NCBI GenBank assembly: GCA_043745805.1
Contig: JAYTSD010000037.1
Coordinates: 32,001 to 96,000, forward strand
Direction: 5' to 3'
Length of the DNA stretch: 64,000 bases
Source of the DNA: Fibrobacteria bacterium
GTDB lineage: Bacteria > Fibrobacterota > Fibrobacteria > UBA11236
The notes beneath the pieces are model-generated. The model did not search any database, was not told the origin of the DNA, and saw only the letters and a program-made list of their open reading frames with translations. Made by a program: the position numbers and the translations under genes. This document shows positions 54,769 to 64,000 of the stretch, piece by piece. Position 1 is the first letter of the stretch, and the number at the start of each line of letters is the position of its first letter.

Positions 54769-57369
54769 TTAATGTTCTTCGGCAATAGCTTGTTTGGGGC
54801 AAAGCCATTCTAAACAAAAAGGTAAAATGGTGAACATAATCACCAAACCCGATCCAATGCCTAAGGTGGCAAGCAACCCAATAGTTTGCATTCCTTTGTG
54901 GGAAACAAAGCATAAGCCTACAAAGCCAAAAGCATTATTGAGCGTTCCGGTAAGCACTGCCGAGCCTGTTGTGTGAATGAGTTCGGTGAGTTTGCCTGCA
55001 CCTAATTCCATGCGTCGATGATAGAGATGGATAACCGAATCCACCGATACCGATAAAATAGTGGGAACTACTACGAGATTATACATGCCTAATTTTAAAC
55101 CCATTATACCCATGATTTTATAAGTCCAAAATGCAGACAAGCTGATAAATCCCACCGTAATGGTTACGCCTCGCCAAGAACGCATGTCGAGCCAAGTAAT
55201 AATAATGAGAAATAAAAGTGTTACTCCTCCTAAGTAATAACCATCTTTTTTAACCATGCTGACAACATCGGCATAAATGAATCCGCTCGATGCGACCATA
55301 ACCGGTCCAGTAGACGAAGGCAAGCTTCCAAAGCGTGATTGAAACTTTGCACTTTCTACTGCATCACTTTCGCGGAGTGACCCATATAGATAACCTAAAC
55401 GTCCATGCGTTCCATCCGCTTCAGATAAAAAACGTTGTGACCAATCGGGTAATTGTGCAAAACCAAAACTATCGGGATGAGCGTATTTACGCAGTAAATC
55501 AATGCCTTTTTTGCTTGTGCTGTCCACATTGTCCAAGGCTCTTGCAGTTAATAATTCATTAATTTCTATGAGCACAGCTAAGCGTTTTTGTTGTTCCTGG
55601 GTGGAGGGGACAAAACTTTGAATGGTGGCGAAACTTTCCATCATACTATCAGCAGGTTGACCAAATCGCTGTACCAGGGAATCATGTACCGAACGCATTT
55701 GGGCTTCATCTTTTCCCAGTATCACCGAAGGCGACGTGTTACGCCCCGCGCCTACAGCACGGCCATAACTAATTCCCGCACTAGTACTTTTCCCCCGCAA
55801 ATTTTTGAAATCATTTTCGAAACCAACTTTGGGACCAAAAGCAATTATCAAGGTTACTAAAATACCTATTCCAAAAACCCATTTTCGGAAATTGCCATCG
55901 AAAGGAATGCGTGGTAATAATATTCCACCACCCACATTGGTGCCTTGCGGTAATAACCAATCCACTACTTTTTTCAGTCCCGGAATGGGTTTGGCTTTGA
56001 TACCCAACCATTCGCCTATGCGAATGAATAGAAAAAACACTGGAGGAATAACTAACCACGTAGAGAGTAAGCACAGAACAATGCCAATGCTAACCACAAT
56101 ACCATATTCATTGAAGCCTTTGAAATGTCCAAATTGCAAACTTAACATGGCAAAAATATTGGTAGCGGCACCCGAAATTAAAGCCCTTCCTGTGGCGGTA
56201 AGCGCCTCTACCATGGCTTCCAAGCCATTCTTACCTTTGCGACTTTCTTCCGCCCAACGAGAATATAAATGCACCGTGTACTCAATACCTAAACCTAAAA
56301 TAAGGGCCAGGATAAAAGCGGTGAGCATGGTGAGTCGATGATAAACTAAAAAGGTCATGCCAGATGCCCATGACATGGCCACAAAAAGTGGAAGAATGAT
56401 CAACATTAAATTGAGGGGGCGACGTACAAAGAACCATAGCAATGCTACCATGAGAAAGAAGGAAATGGAGCTGGCGACAACGATATCTCCTTGCACTTGA
56501 TTGATCTCGCTGAAATTACGATACGCGCCAGCTACCTTAGCAACCATGCCTGCTTGGTAACTTGCAGGTTTCATGCTTGCTATGAGGTTTTCGCCTTTGT
56601 GATAAATACTCTGCGCATAAATGGCATCAGTAGAAGGCTTTTTTAATTGCGCCAAAACCACGCCTACCCAAACTTTTTTCTCTTCATGCCAACCCATAAG
56701 GCGGCCTTTTAAAGAGTCGGGTTTTGCAGGGCCTGGCGTTTCCGTTTTTGCTTGCATGCCTGAATCGGATGGATTTTTTTCTGCTTGAATTTTAGCGAGT
56801 AGGCCATCTACAATATCTTTTGGTAAACCCTGTCGACGTAAGGATTGGGCATTGGGCCAACCTTCGAGTGATGGCTTTTCGGCATCTTCTTCACCTAAGT
56901 CCATTAAAAGGGGGTTGGCTTTGGTGAATTTTCCACCAATCATGCCCGATAGTCTGCTTTTCAAATCTTCTAATTCTTCAACGGGCATATAGAGCAAAGC
57001 CTGCTTTTCAAAAAAGCTGCGATCTTGATCGTATTGCGCCCAAACTACATCCGGCCATTTTTTCAATGAGTCTGCAAGATCTTTTTGAATTTTTCCTACG
57101 GCATCCGCAGAAGGTGCCTCGAAAGCAATGGTAAATAAATCGGTACTTCCCATGCGCTTCTCGGCTTGTTGCAAAGCCATTTTGGAGGCCGTTCCATCGG
57201 GTAACAATACGCGTAAATCGGTATCAATGCGAAGACCCGTGGCTAAGTGAGTAAAGAACCACGTTAAGCAAATCAAAAACAGAATGGGAATCCAAGGATA
57301 GCGAAAGCTAAAGCGGATATAGGCTTCTGCAATAATATGCCAGAGTCCTTTTTTTGACGATGAAGCCAT
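54769..57369 (-). CDS. MMPL/RND-superfamily transporter
   Basis: 1+5+1+5 TM pattern with two periplasmic domains; LGLGIEYTVHL and SVDSVIHL; TGRAL and TGSAVL. Confidence 0.85.
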   Translation of the reverse strand: MASSSKKGLWHIIAEAYIRFSFRYPWIPILFLICLTWFFTHLATGLRIDTDLRVLLPDGTASKMALQQAEKRMGSTDLFTIAFEAPSADAVGKIQKDLADSLKKWPDVVWAQYDQDRSFFEKQALLYMPVEELEDLKSRLSGMIGGKFTKANPLLMDLGEEDAEKPSLEGWPNAQSLRRQGLPKDIVDGLLAKIQAEKNPSDSGMQAKTETPGPAKPDSLKGRLMGWHEEKKVWVGVVLAQLKKPSTDAIYAQSIYHKGENLIASMKPASYQAGMVAKVAGAYRNFSEINQVQGDIVVASSISFFLMVALLWFFVRRPLNLMLIILPLFVAMSWASGMTFLVYHRLTMLTAFILALILGLGIEYTVHLYSRWAEESRKGKNGLEAMVEALTATGRALISGAATNIFAMLSLQFGHFKGFNEYGIVVSIGIVLCLLSTWLVIPPVFFLFIRIGEWLGIKAKPIPGLKKVVDWLLPQGTNVGGGILLPRIPFDGNFRKWVFGIGILVTLIIAFGPKVGFENDFKNLRGKSTSAGISYGRAVGAGRNTSPSVILGKDEAQMRSVHDSLVQRFGQPADSMMESFATIQSFVPSTQEQQKRLAVLIEINELLTARALDNVDSTSKKGIDLLRKYAHPDSFGFAQLPDWSQRFLSEADGTHGRLGYLYGSLRESDAVESAKFQSRFGSLPSSTGPVMVASSGFIYADVVSMVKKDGYYLGGVTLLFLIIITWLDMRSWRGVTITVGFISLSAFWTYKIMGIMGLKLGMYNLVVVPTILSVSVDSVIHLYHRRMELGAGKLTELIHTTGSAVLTGTLNNAFGFVGLCFVSHKGMQTIGLLATLGIGSGLVIMFTILPFCLEWLCPKQAIAEEH

Positions 57370-57495
57370 TTGAATTTAGTCCTTAGCTACGTGTGGAAGT
57401 ATGATGTTACGATGATTAAATCACAAGCTCAAGAATATAACAAATGGAAGACTAAAACTTCCCTTGCAAGGCGACGGAAGAACTATTTTATAAGC

Positions 57496-58464
57496 ATGAT
57501 TCGTGGATTTATTTTAAAGGATGACAAAACTTCTTTTCCGATCACCGGGTTGGCAGCCTTTGATGCTTTATCACAAGCCGAGACTCAATTTTTATGGGTT
57601 GATATTTTTGGAGACTTACCTGCAGAAGCGGAAGCGCTTTTTTCTGATAATTTGGGTTGGCATCCCATTGTAATTAAAAATCTTCGAGAAAATAGTTCTC
57701 GACCAAAGCTCATTAATTTTGATAGTTATAGCCAAATCACTCTACATGCTTTGAATCTATTGGCGATTCATCAAAAAGATGAAAGTACCATTGAAATAGA
57801 TATCGTGATTTCCAAAAACCTTTTGCTTACTTATCATAAATTTCCGGTACTAGGCATTGATGAAACCCTCAGTCAATTTGAAAGTCGCAAGCAAGAATGG
57901 GGTGGCGCGGATGCTTTATTCTATCAAATCATTTCCAGCTTGATTGAAAAGTATGTGCCTGAGGTGGCTGATAAAGAGGGCTTGGTGGCGGCTTTACAAC
58001 AAGAAGCTTTATTTGATCCTAAAAACGAATTATTGGAACGCATTGTTTTGATGCGCGATGAATTAATTGAATTAGGGCGCGCTTTAGTTCCTCAGCAATT
58101 GATAGTGGCGCAAATGGCTTCGGGTAGTTGTAGTTATATCGGACCTTTTATTCGCCCTTATTTTCGCGATGCCGAAAATCAATTTCGTAGCCTGATCGAT
58201 GATGTGCAAAGCTTTAAAGAAGTGATGACAAATTCTTTAGAGCTTTATCGTTCGGCGATGTCATCCAAAACTAATGATGTGATGAAAATTTTCACGGCGA
58301 TTTCCACTCTATTATTACCGCTTACTTTTATTACCGGCTTATATGGTATGAATGTGCATATTCCGCTAGCCGATCATCCACATATGTTTAACACCATTTT
58401 GATTATTTGCGCTGGGATATTTATTGGAATGCTGTATTATTTCCGCTCGCGGAAATGGTTTTAA
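57496..58464 (+). CDS. corA: CorA-family Mg2+/Co2+ transporter
   Basis: NDVMKIFT, PLTFITGLYGMNV, terminal RKWF; start probably ATG 57496. Confidence 0.92.
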   Translation: MIRGFILKDDKTSFPITGLAAFDALSQAETQFLWVDIFGDLPAEAEALFSDNLGWHPIVIKNLRENSSRPKLINFDSYSQITLHALNLLAIHQKDESTIEIDIVISKNLLLTYHKFPVLGIDETLSQFESRKQEWGGADALFYQIISSLIEKYVPEVADKEGLVAALQQEALFDPKNELLERIVLMRDELIELGRALVPQQLIVAQMASGSCSYIGPFIRPYFRDAENQFRSLIDDVQSFKEVMTNSLELYRSAMSSKTNDVMKIFTAISTLLLPLTFITGLYGMNVHIPLADHPHMFNTILIICAGIFIGMLYYFRSRKWF

Positions 58465-58488
58465 AATACGCTTAATTTTTACGCCAAA

Positions 58489-59715
58489 TTAAGCGTAAAA
58501 TAAACGACCTTGCTCCAAGCAAAGGCATAACTCGCGATATACTTCCAGCCAGCTTTTACCTTTGTGCATGGATTTACGAATACGTTCGGCTAAATTGCCT
58601 CGTTCCAAAATGTGCGCTAAAACGGGGTGGAAAACATAACTTTCGAGGGAAGCCTCGCGTGGAAGCACTCTTCCTAATACCGCAAAAAGAAATTGTCCAA
58701 TGGTGTATTCTTTGGGCTCTAAGCCAAAAATGGCGGTGGGATATTGTCTAGGCAATTTAGCGAATAAACCTTTTTCGGCCGATTCTAAAAATAAAGCTTT
58801 GAGTAACCCAGGTGCTACGGATTGATGTATCGCATGTAGATTAGGGTTTTGGACAATTAAAAATTTAAGCATAGACACGGCAGCATGACAAATAGCCAAA
58901 TCGGCCACGGGCGCTTCTTGATTATCCATACAACGAATTTCAATAGCATTTCTATCGAAGCGTGCAATGGCCGCGCGTGAATTGAGCCATTCATCTTGCA
59001 ATAATTCTTCGGGATCAAAGGGAGCTATTTCTTTATACATGGGTGCCAAAATAAGATCGCGATACTCTTGTTCGCTGGCAATAGGCTCAGGAATTATGCC
59101 TCCAATAATGGAAGGGAGTCGGCGTTGATTGCCTACATAATGAAAGAGGCGCGTGTCCAACCAAGCGTGGGGCTGACCTTCGAGTAGTGGTGTGCTTGCC
59201 GCGAGCGCTGGTAATAAAGGCAATATTAAACTAATAGCATTATGTAATTGGGAAAATTCTTGATCATTTGCAAACGGCAAATTGAGATGCACGCTTTGCA
59301 AATTAAACCAACCATGCCCGCGACAACCAAAGACTCGATCATAAGTGGCATAAATTTCTTTATCCTCATGCGGCCAAAGAAAAGATTCTTTTTCGGGTTG
59401 CATAGCCGGATGCATTCCGGTAGGCATGAGCTGGGCTTGCAAGGGCTGAAGATTATTATTGACGAGGGATACAAAGTTCTGAAAATCTTGTGCTTGATCA
59501 ATTAAGCTGGTGCAAGGCTTGGCGCATTTGATTTCTACAACGTGAGCGGCTAGCTCATTGTCGGCTTCAGTATTGCCTTGCAGCGGATGGCCGTTAGGAT
59601 CACCACATAAAGTGGTTAATAATTTGTCGACAATGGGGGTAACGGCTAAGTCACTTTGGCGCACCACGGCATATTCAATTTCGACACCGAAAACTTCGAA
59701 TAAGGAATAGGCCAA
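58489..59715 (-). CDS. Glutamate-cysteine ligase family 2 (GCS2) carboxylate-amine ligase
   Basis: FGVEIEY, NELAAHVVEIK, MPTGMHP, NLQSVHLNLPF, LAASTP, NSRAAIARFDRNAIEIR. Confidence 0.88.
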   Translation of the reverse strand: MAYSLFEVFGVEIEYAVVRQSDLAVTPIVDKLLTTLCGDPNGHPLQGNTEADNELAAHVVEIKCAKPCTSLIDQAQDFQNFVSLVNNNLQPLQAQLMPTGMHPAMQPEKESFLWPHEDKEIYATYDRVFGCRGHGWFNLQSVHLNLPFANDQEFSQLHNAISLILPLLPALAASTPLLEGQPHAWLDTRLFHYVGNQRRLPSIIGGIIPEPIASEQEYRDLILAPMYKEIAPFDPEELLQDEWLNSRAAIARFDRNAIEIRCMDNQEAPVADLAICHAAVSMLKFLIVQNPNLHAIHQSVAPGLLKALFLESAEKGLFAKLPRQYPTAIFGLEPKEYTIGQFLFAVLGRVLPREASLESYVFHPVLAHILERGNLAERIRKSMHKGKSWLEVYRELCLCLEQGRLFYA

Positions 59716-59867
59716 TCAGTACTCCAGCAAAAGATCAAAAGTTATAATTTTTACGGTGCACTTTCTGCTTTTATCACCAAAAATAATGAAGATAATTTGA
59801 GGTCAAAAAGTTACGCACGTTTTAAAATCACACTAATTTAATGTATTACTATAATTGGCAATAGTGT

Positions 59868-61385
59868 TTATTTGCAGACCTGTAAATTCATCATGCGCAC
59901 TGCTTCTACAGGCACAACGGTATCTTTGCGGATTTTTAGCTTGTCAATGCGACTGACAAATTCTTCCATAATGGTCGCGTATAATTTATCTTTAAGTACT
60001 TCATCTTCCACGCCACTATCAATATTGGGATTGTCATTTACTTCTACTACATATGGCTTATTATTCAAAATTTTAATATCCACACCATATAGCCCCTCGC
60101 CAATTAATTTTGAGGCTTTTAAAGCCGTGGAAATAATTAAGGGATCCACTTCTTCTACGGGAAAGGTTTCATGCGCGCCGGTTCCGGTTTTACCGTCATT
60201 TTTGTGATTATAAATTTGCCAATGATTGCGTGACATAAAATATTTGCAGGCAAATAAAGGACGTGAGTTAAAAATTCCAATACGCCAATCAAATTCAGTG
60301 GGCATGAATTCTTGGGCAATAATATAATCCGAGCGTTTGAAATATTCCTTGCAAACACTATGGAGTTCGCCCTCATCGGAAACCTTAACCACTCCGCGAG
60401 AAAAAGACCCGTCGGGGATTTTGATGATAATAGGAAAAGACAATTGTTGCATGATATTCGCCACATTATCTTCGCTTAAGATAATGGTTTTAGGTTGCGG
60501 AACACCCTCGCGTTTAAACAACTCATTCATAAAAATTTTATTGGTGCAATACAGTATGCTTTTGGGATCGTCTATTACCACCATATTTTCTTTGGCGGCT
60601 TTTTTAGCAAAGCGATAGGTATGATGATCGATGGCCGTGGTTTCGCGAATAAATAAACCATCGAACTGAGTTAAATGGCCAAAATCTTTTTTCTCAATCA
60701 CTTCCACCGATAAGCCTACATTTTTTCCGGCCTTGATGAATTTTTGAATAGAGGATTCGCTGGAAGGTGAAAATTTTTCGGAAGGATTAAATAGAATGGC
60801 TAAGTCATAGCGTAAGGATTCATTGAGTTTACGTATACCCCAACGATGACCGCTGAACTCCACCAAGGCTTCTTGAAAAACATCAATATGCGATTCAGGA
60901 ATTTTGTCGAGAGAGATACTTTTAATGGAACTTAAAATCCATTGTTTTTCTTTTACAAAATAAACTTTGAAAAAAGGACAAGGGAATAAATTAAAAAACA
61001 TACGCGACATTTTTTCGTATTTCTTGGAAACATTTTTTCCAAAATAAACACTGAGTTCAAATTTATTGTCGGTAATGTTCGCTAAGTCTTTTTGGATTTC
61101 AGCATTTAAATCATCGGTTTCGATGAGATAAAATTCCTTTTTACTTAAGGCCTGCATAGTGGAAATATTAGGAATCACTTTATGTCCGCGCGCTTCAGCG
61201 ACCAAGGACACATAATACCCCGAGCCTAAATAGCCATAGTTGCGCGCCATATTGATTATTTTTAATTGACGCAAATCTTGATAATCTTTGCCGAATAAAT
61301 AATCCTGCACGCTGACAAATTCTAATTGGGGAAGCTTCTTTTTCCACAGCTTCACATTTTCCACAACACAAATATTACGGATCAT
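59868..61385 (-). CDS. RimK-like ATP-grasp ligase with N-terminal RLAN domain
   Basis: YLGSGYYVSLVAEARGHKVIP (RLAN); FIRETT, KIPDGSFSRGV, QEFMPTEFDWRI, YGVDIK, EVNDNPN. Confidence 0.9.
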   Translation of the reverse strand: MIRNICVVENVKLWKKKLPQLEFVSVQDYLFGKDYQDLRQLKIINMARNYGYLGSGYYVSLVAEARGHKVIPNISTMQALSKKEFYLIETDDLNAEIQKDLANITDNKFELSVYFGKNVSKKYEKMSRMFFNLFPCPFFKVYFVKEKQWILSSIKSISLDKIPESHIDVFQEALVEFSGHRWGIRKLNESLRYDLAILFNPSEKFSPSSESSIQKFIKAGKNVGLSVEVIEKKDFGHLTQFDGLFIRETTAIDHHTYRFAKKAAKENMVVIDDPKSILYCTNKIFMNELFKREGVPQPKTIILSEDNVANIMQQLSFPIIIKIPDGSFSRGVVKVSDEGELHSVCKEYFKRSDYIIAQEFMPTEFDWRIGIFNSRPLFACKYFMSRNHWQIYNHKNDGKTGTGAHETFPVEEVDPLIISTALKASKLIGEGLYGVDIKILNNKPYVVEVNDNPNIDSGVEDEVLKDKLYATIMEEFVSRIDKLKIRKDTVVPVEAVRMMNLQVCK

Positions 61386-62086
61386 TTGTGATTCGTTTCT
61401 GGGGATATTACCAAAAGATTTTCATCATAAGTTAAAACACCTAGCATGACGGCATTGGTAAATTTTGTAAAGGGTAACATATATGTTCCGGTCTCTGAAA
61501 AAGGATTTTTGCGCATAGGATCGTGAATGGCCACTAAGCGTTTGGCTCTATCCCAAGCCGAGACCACTGCGAAATGGCCCACAGGTCCGCCGATAATATC
61601 ATTCTCTTCATTATCGGGAGTTTCTCGCATGCTTTGATAGAGATAGGTTGCACTAAGTCCCACGATGATAGGTTTTTTTTTGGAAAAGAGTTTGTCGAAT
61701 AAATCTTCATCTAAATCGTCAAACTTAAGAATACCGCCTTTTCGTAGAAAATCAAGATAAAAGCCAATTACTTTTTTTTGCTTTTTGCTGCGTGTGCGCT
61801 TGCGACTGAGGTTGAGTTTGTTTTGTAATTCTTTGGAATTCAACTTTTTCCAAGTGGGATCAAAAAGCTTAATATTATACGGATAAATTTCCGCATTAAA
61901 TCCAGAGTTTAAAGCATGCCTTCCCAAATTTACACTTACCGTACCACCTGTTTGCCAATGTTCCACTTCGGATTTTAAAGTCTCTAAGGGGATTTCATTT
62001 CCATAGTAACGGTAAATAGCTTGTAGGCAAGTAATGCCACAGCTTTCATCATCAGGTTGTTTGGAGACGGTAACGTTTAGTTGCAT
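61382..62086 (-). CDS. Papain-like C39-type peptidase
   Basis: QPDDESCGITCL, GHFAVV, IHDP; ATGA overlap with the RimK-like gene. Confidence 0.82.
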   Translation of the reverse strand: MQLNVTVSKQPDDESCGITCLQAIYRYYGNEIPLETLKSEVEHWQTGGTVSVNLGRHALNSGFNAEIYPYNIKLFDPTWKKLNSKELQNKLNLSRKRTRSKKQKKVIGFYLDFLRKGGILKFDDLDEDLFDKLFSKKKPIIVGLSATYLYQSMRETPDNEENDIIGGPVGHFAVVSAWDRAKRLVAIHDPMRKNPFSETGTYMLPFTKFTNAVMLGVLTYDENLLVISPETNHK

Positions 62087-62146
62087 GGAAGAAGTATTAA
62101 ATTTGGATTAAAGTTTGCAATGTGTGAATGAAAAATACAAATGTGC

Positions 62147-63616
62147 TTAAATTTTAAGCGTGGTAGACATGAAAATTCCGACTTTAAAGGCATAAAAACT
62201 ATGACGAGGATATTGTGCAGCATCCGTTTCATTTGCAAGTATTTGAGGTTTTCCAAATTTATCATAGATCCAATTTAAATGATTAATATTAGCTTGTCCC
62301 CAAGCTGCATTGACACCAAAACGTGATTCTGTGTATTGTTTGTCAATTCCTAAAGCACATGTTGCCCCTAGGTAATGAATGCTACGATTCCAACCTTTGG
62401 GATTACTATCATAATGACCTTGTCCCTGACTAATATCGGTGTAGCCCCCTACAGTAAGCGAATAGACTTTGTTTAACCGTAGGTCTAATCCACCCGAAAG
62501 ATTTAAGACCGGGCTTTTTATAATGGAATAGGAATTTTTTTGAGGGATAAAAGCCTCAAATCCAGAACGTGCTGAACTATCATCAATCGGAGAATAGGTG
62601 GGATAATCATAATCTATCCCAAACAAATAATCAGCCTGACCCGTCATCATTAAAATAGGAAATATCTGCCACGAAAATCCTAGTGAAATACTTGGAGGAT
62701 GCCATTCAGTATATTTTGAGGTCTTACTGAGACTATAGGACCATATAGCTTCGGTTTTAGCTCTAATCGAATCCCCTTCTTGCACCAGTTTATCGTTTTG
62801 AAATTTATTTGAATGTTGCTCAATTTGCTGCTCTATCCAAACCAAACCACCAGGTGTTCCCCTAATTCCAATGGAAAAAAGTGGATGTAGACGAATCAAG
62901 ACTCCAACTATTCCATCAAAGCCCAATCCATTCTGACTTATTGTAGCCGAAGCTGTTTCCTCATAAAACTTAGCGATATCCGCATTATTTTCGGAAAGGT
63001 AATTCCCCGTCCATTTTTCAAAACCGGTTTTTTTTATTTGTGTACTATATACGCCAAGAGTAGTAATCCCAATAGAAATATTATCACCTAGTTTAAATGC
63101 CAGGCTTGGGCCAAATAAATTGCTTTTGTTTACTTCATAATAATTAAGGTTGATATGTTGAAAAAGCGGTATTGATGTCGCACTATCGATGAAGGGAGCG
63201 TCAATGTTTTGCTCTCCACGAAATAAATCATTTTGCGGTGTCACAATACTAAAGCCATAAGCCCAATTACCCATGCGCTGCGAAAAGCAAGTAATAGAAG
63301 GACTAAAATCTAAAGAGTTATAGGGAAGTAGTGTATTCGGAGCGATTTGAATTTCTTGTTTTTGATATTGAATAATTTGCGCGGAAACATCGAGCTTTAC
63401 ATTTTGTATTTGTGTAAGTCCAGCCGGATTATAATAAGTGGCGGTGGCATCATCTGCCAAACCCGTAAAAGCACCACCAAGGGCAGCGCCTTTATTGCCT
63501 ATTAATATGGTTTTTTGATTGAAATTATCGGCCTTAGCTAAAATGACCAAACTCAGTATTATACAGGGTATGGTTGTGAGAGTTGTAATTTTTTGATTCA
63601 CCACTCTATTTTTCAA
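62147..63616 (-). CDS. FadL/OmpP1-like outer-membrane protein
   Basis: Signal peptide, GAALGGAFTGLADDATATYYNPAGL, beta-strand pattern. Confidence 0.72.
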   Translation of the reverse strand: MKNRVVNQKITTLTTIPCIILSLVILAKADNFNQKTILIGNKGAALGGAFTGLADDATATYYNPAGLTQIQNVKLDVSAQIIQYQKQEIQIAPNTLLPYNSLDFSPSITCFSQRMGNWAYGFSIVTPQNDLFRGEQNIDAPFIDSATSIPLFQHINLNYYEVNKSNLFGPSLAFKLGDNISIGITTLGVYSTQIKKTGFEKWTGNYLSENNADIAKFYEETASATISQNGLGFDGIVGVLIRLHPLFSIGIRGTPGGLVWIEQQIEQHSNKFQNDKLVQEGDSIRAKTEAIWSYSLSKTSKYTEWHPPSISLGFSWQIFPILMMTGQADYLFGIDYDYPTYSPIDDSSARSGFEAFIPQKNSYSIIKSPVLNLSGGLDLRLNKVYSLTVGGYTDISQGQGHYDSNPKGWNRSIHYLGATCALGIDKQYTESRFGVNAAWGQANINHLNWIYDKFGKPQILANETDAAQYPRHSFYAFKVGIFMSTTLKI

Positions 63617-63691
63617 TTTTGTACTTTGGTTTGCAAACTATTTCTATTTTATAAATTCAGCTTTCACCTTCAATTTTCATTTAGGATAAAT

Positions 63692-64000
63692 ATGCGATAC
63701 TTACTTCTCTTAGGTTTTTCTTTAGCTCTTTTGGCTTGCAGCACCGAATCTAAAAAGGAAACTATTTTTTATACTGGCCCCGCTATAACTCTGCTGGTAA
63801 ATGATACCTCCGCCGTTTTGACATTTTCTAAAACCTCATTTGACGCGAATGGTCGAGAAAGTTCTCATGCCACCACTAGCTTTGTTTTAAAGAGTATGGA
63901 CTCCAGTATTGTGGATATTGCGGGACAAAAAGTGGTATTAAAAAAATCCGAAGGAACCCAAATTTGGGCGGAAGCCGGAAAACTTATCTCCGAAAAAGTT
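63692..64000 (+). CDS. Lipoprotein, truncated by window edge
   Basis: AGGA RBS, MRYLLLLGFSLALLAC lipobox; frame open to the window end. Confidence 0.75.
   Translation, partial: MRYLLLLGFSLALLACSTESKKETIFYTGPAITLLVNDTSAVLTFSKTSFDANGRESSHATTSFVLKSMDSSIVDIAGQKVVLKKSEGTQIWAEAGKLISEKV

Noticed and set aside
57370-57495. CorA N-terminal extension from 57370
   Set aside because: It would leave no room for the divergent MMPL/corA promoters; ATG 57496 is preferred

Overview
Bacterial chromosomal window, AT-rich and densely coded, most consistent with a Fibrobacterota-like Gram-negative organism. That assignment is an inference from a Fibrobacter-type LexA box, T9SS-like C-terminal sorting domains and Cys-capped LRR modules. 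Contents in order: a VgrG truncated by the window edge; aguB/aguA; a seven-gene uronate-type catabolic cluster with its regulator (OYE, enolase-superfamily enzyme, MFS, XRE-cupin regulator, GH88, SDR, eda, kdgK); housekeeping and envelope genes (Prx6, htpX, TerC, larB, rfbB, vapBC, fmt, rsmB, slyD); an 11-kb locus of GH81 plus three paralogous uncharacterised outer-membrane barrel proteins and two secreted ThuA-domain proteins; a carbamoyltransferase-SxtJ-SxtK-like module; umuD with a degenerate umuC behind a LexA box; tRNA-Arg(CCG); a FadL/GDSL pair; DUF2169 facing an OmpA/PG-binding/HEXXH protein and its small partner; MMPL; CorA; a C39-RimK(RLAN)-GCS2 cluster; and a second FadL-like gene. 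The best candidates for an undescribed system are (1) the SusC/D-free barrel-ThuA-GH81 locus, (2) the OmpA-PGB-metalloprotease/inhibitor pair, which shares a CRP-type box with vgrG, and (3) the KduI-less uronate pathway. No CRISPR array, rRNA or transposase was seen. All family assignments come from reading motifs by eye; no database searches were run.
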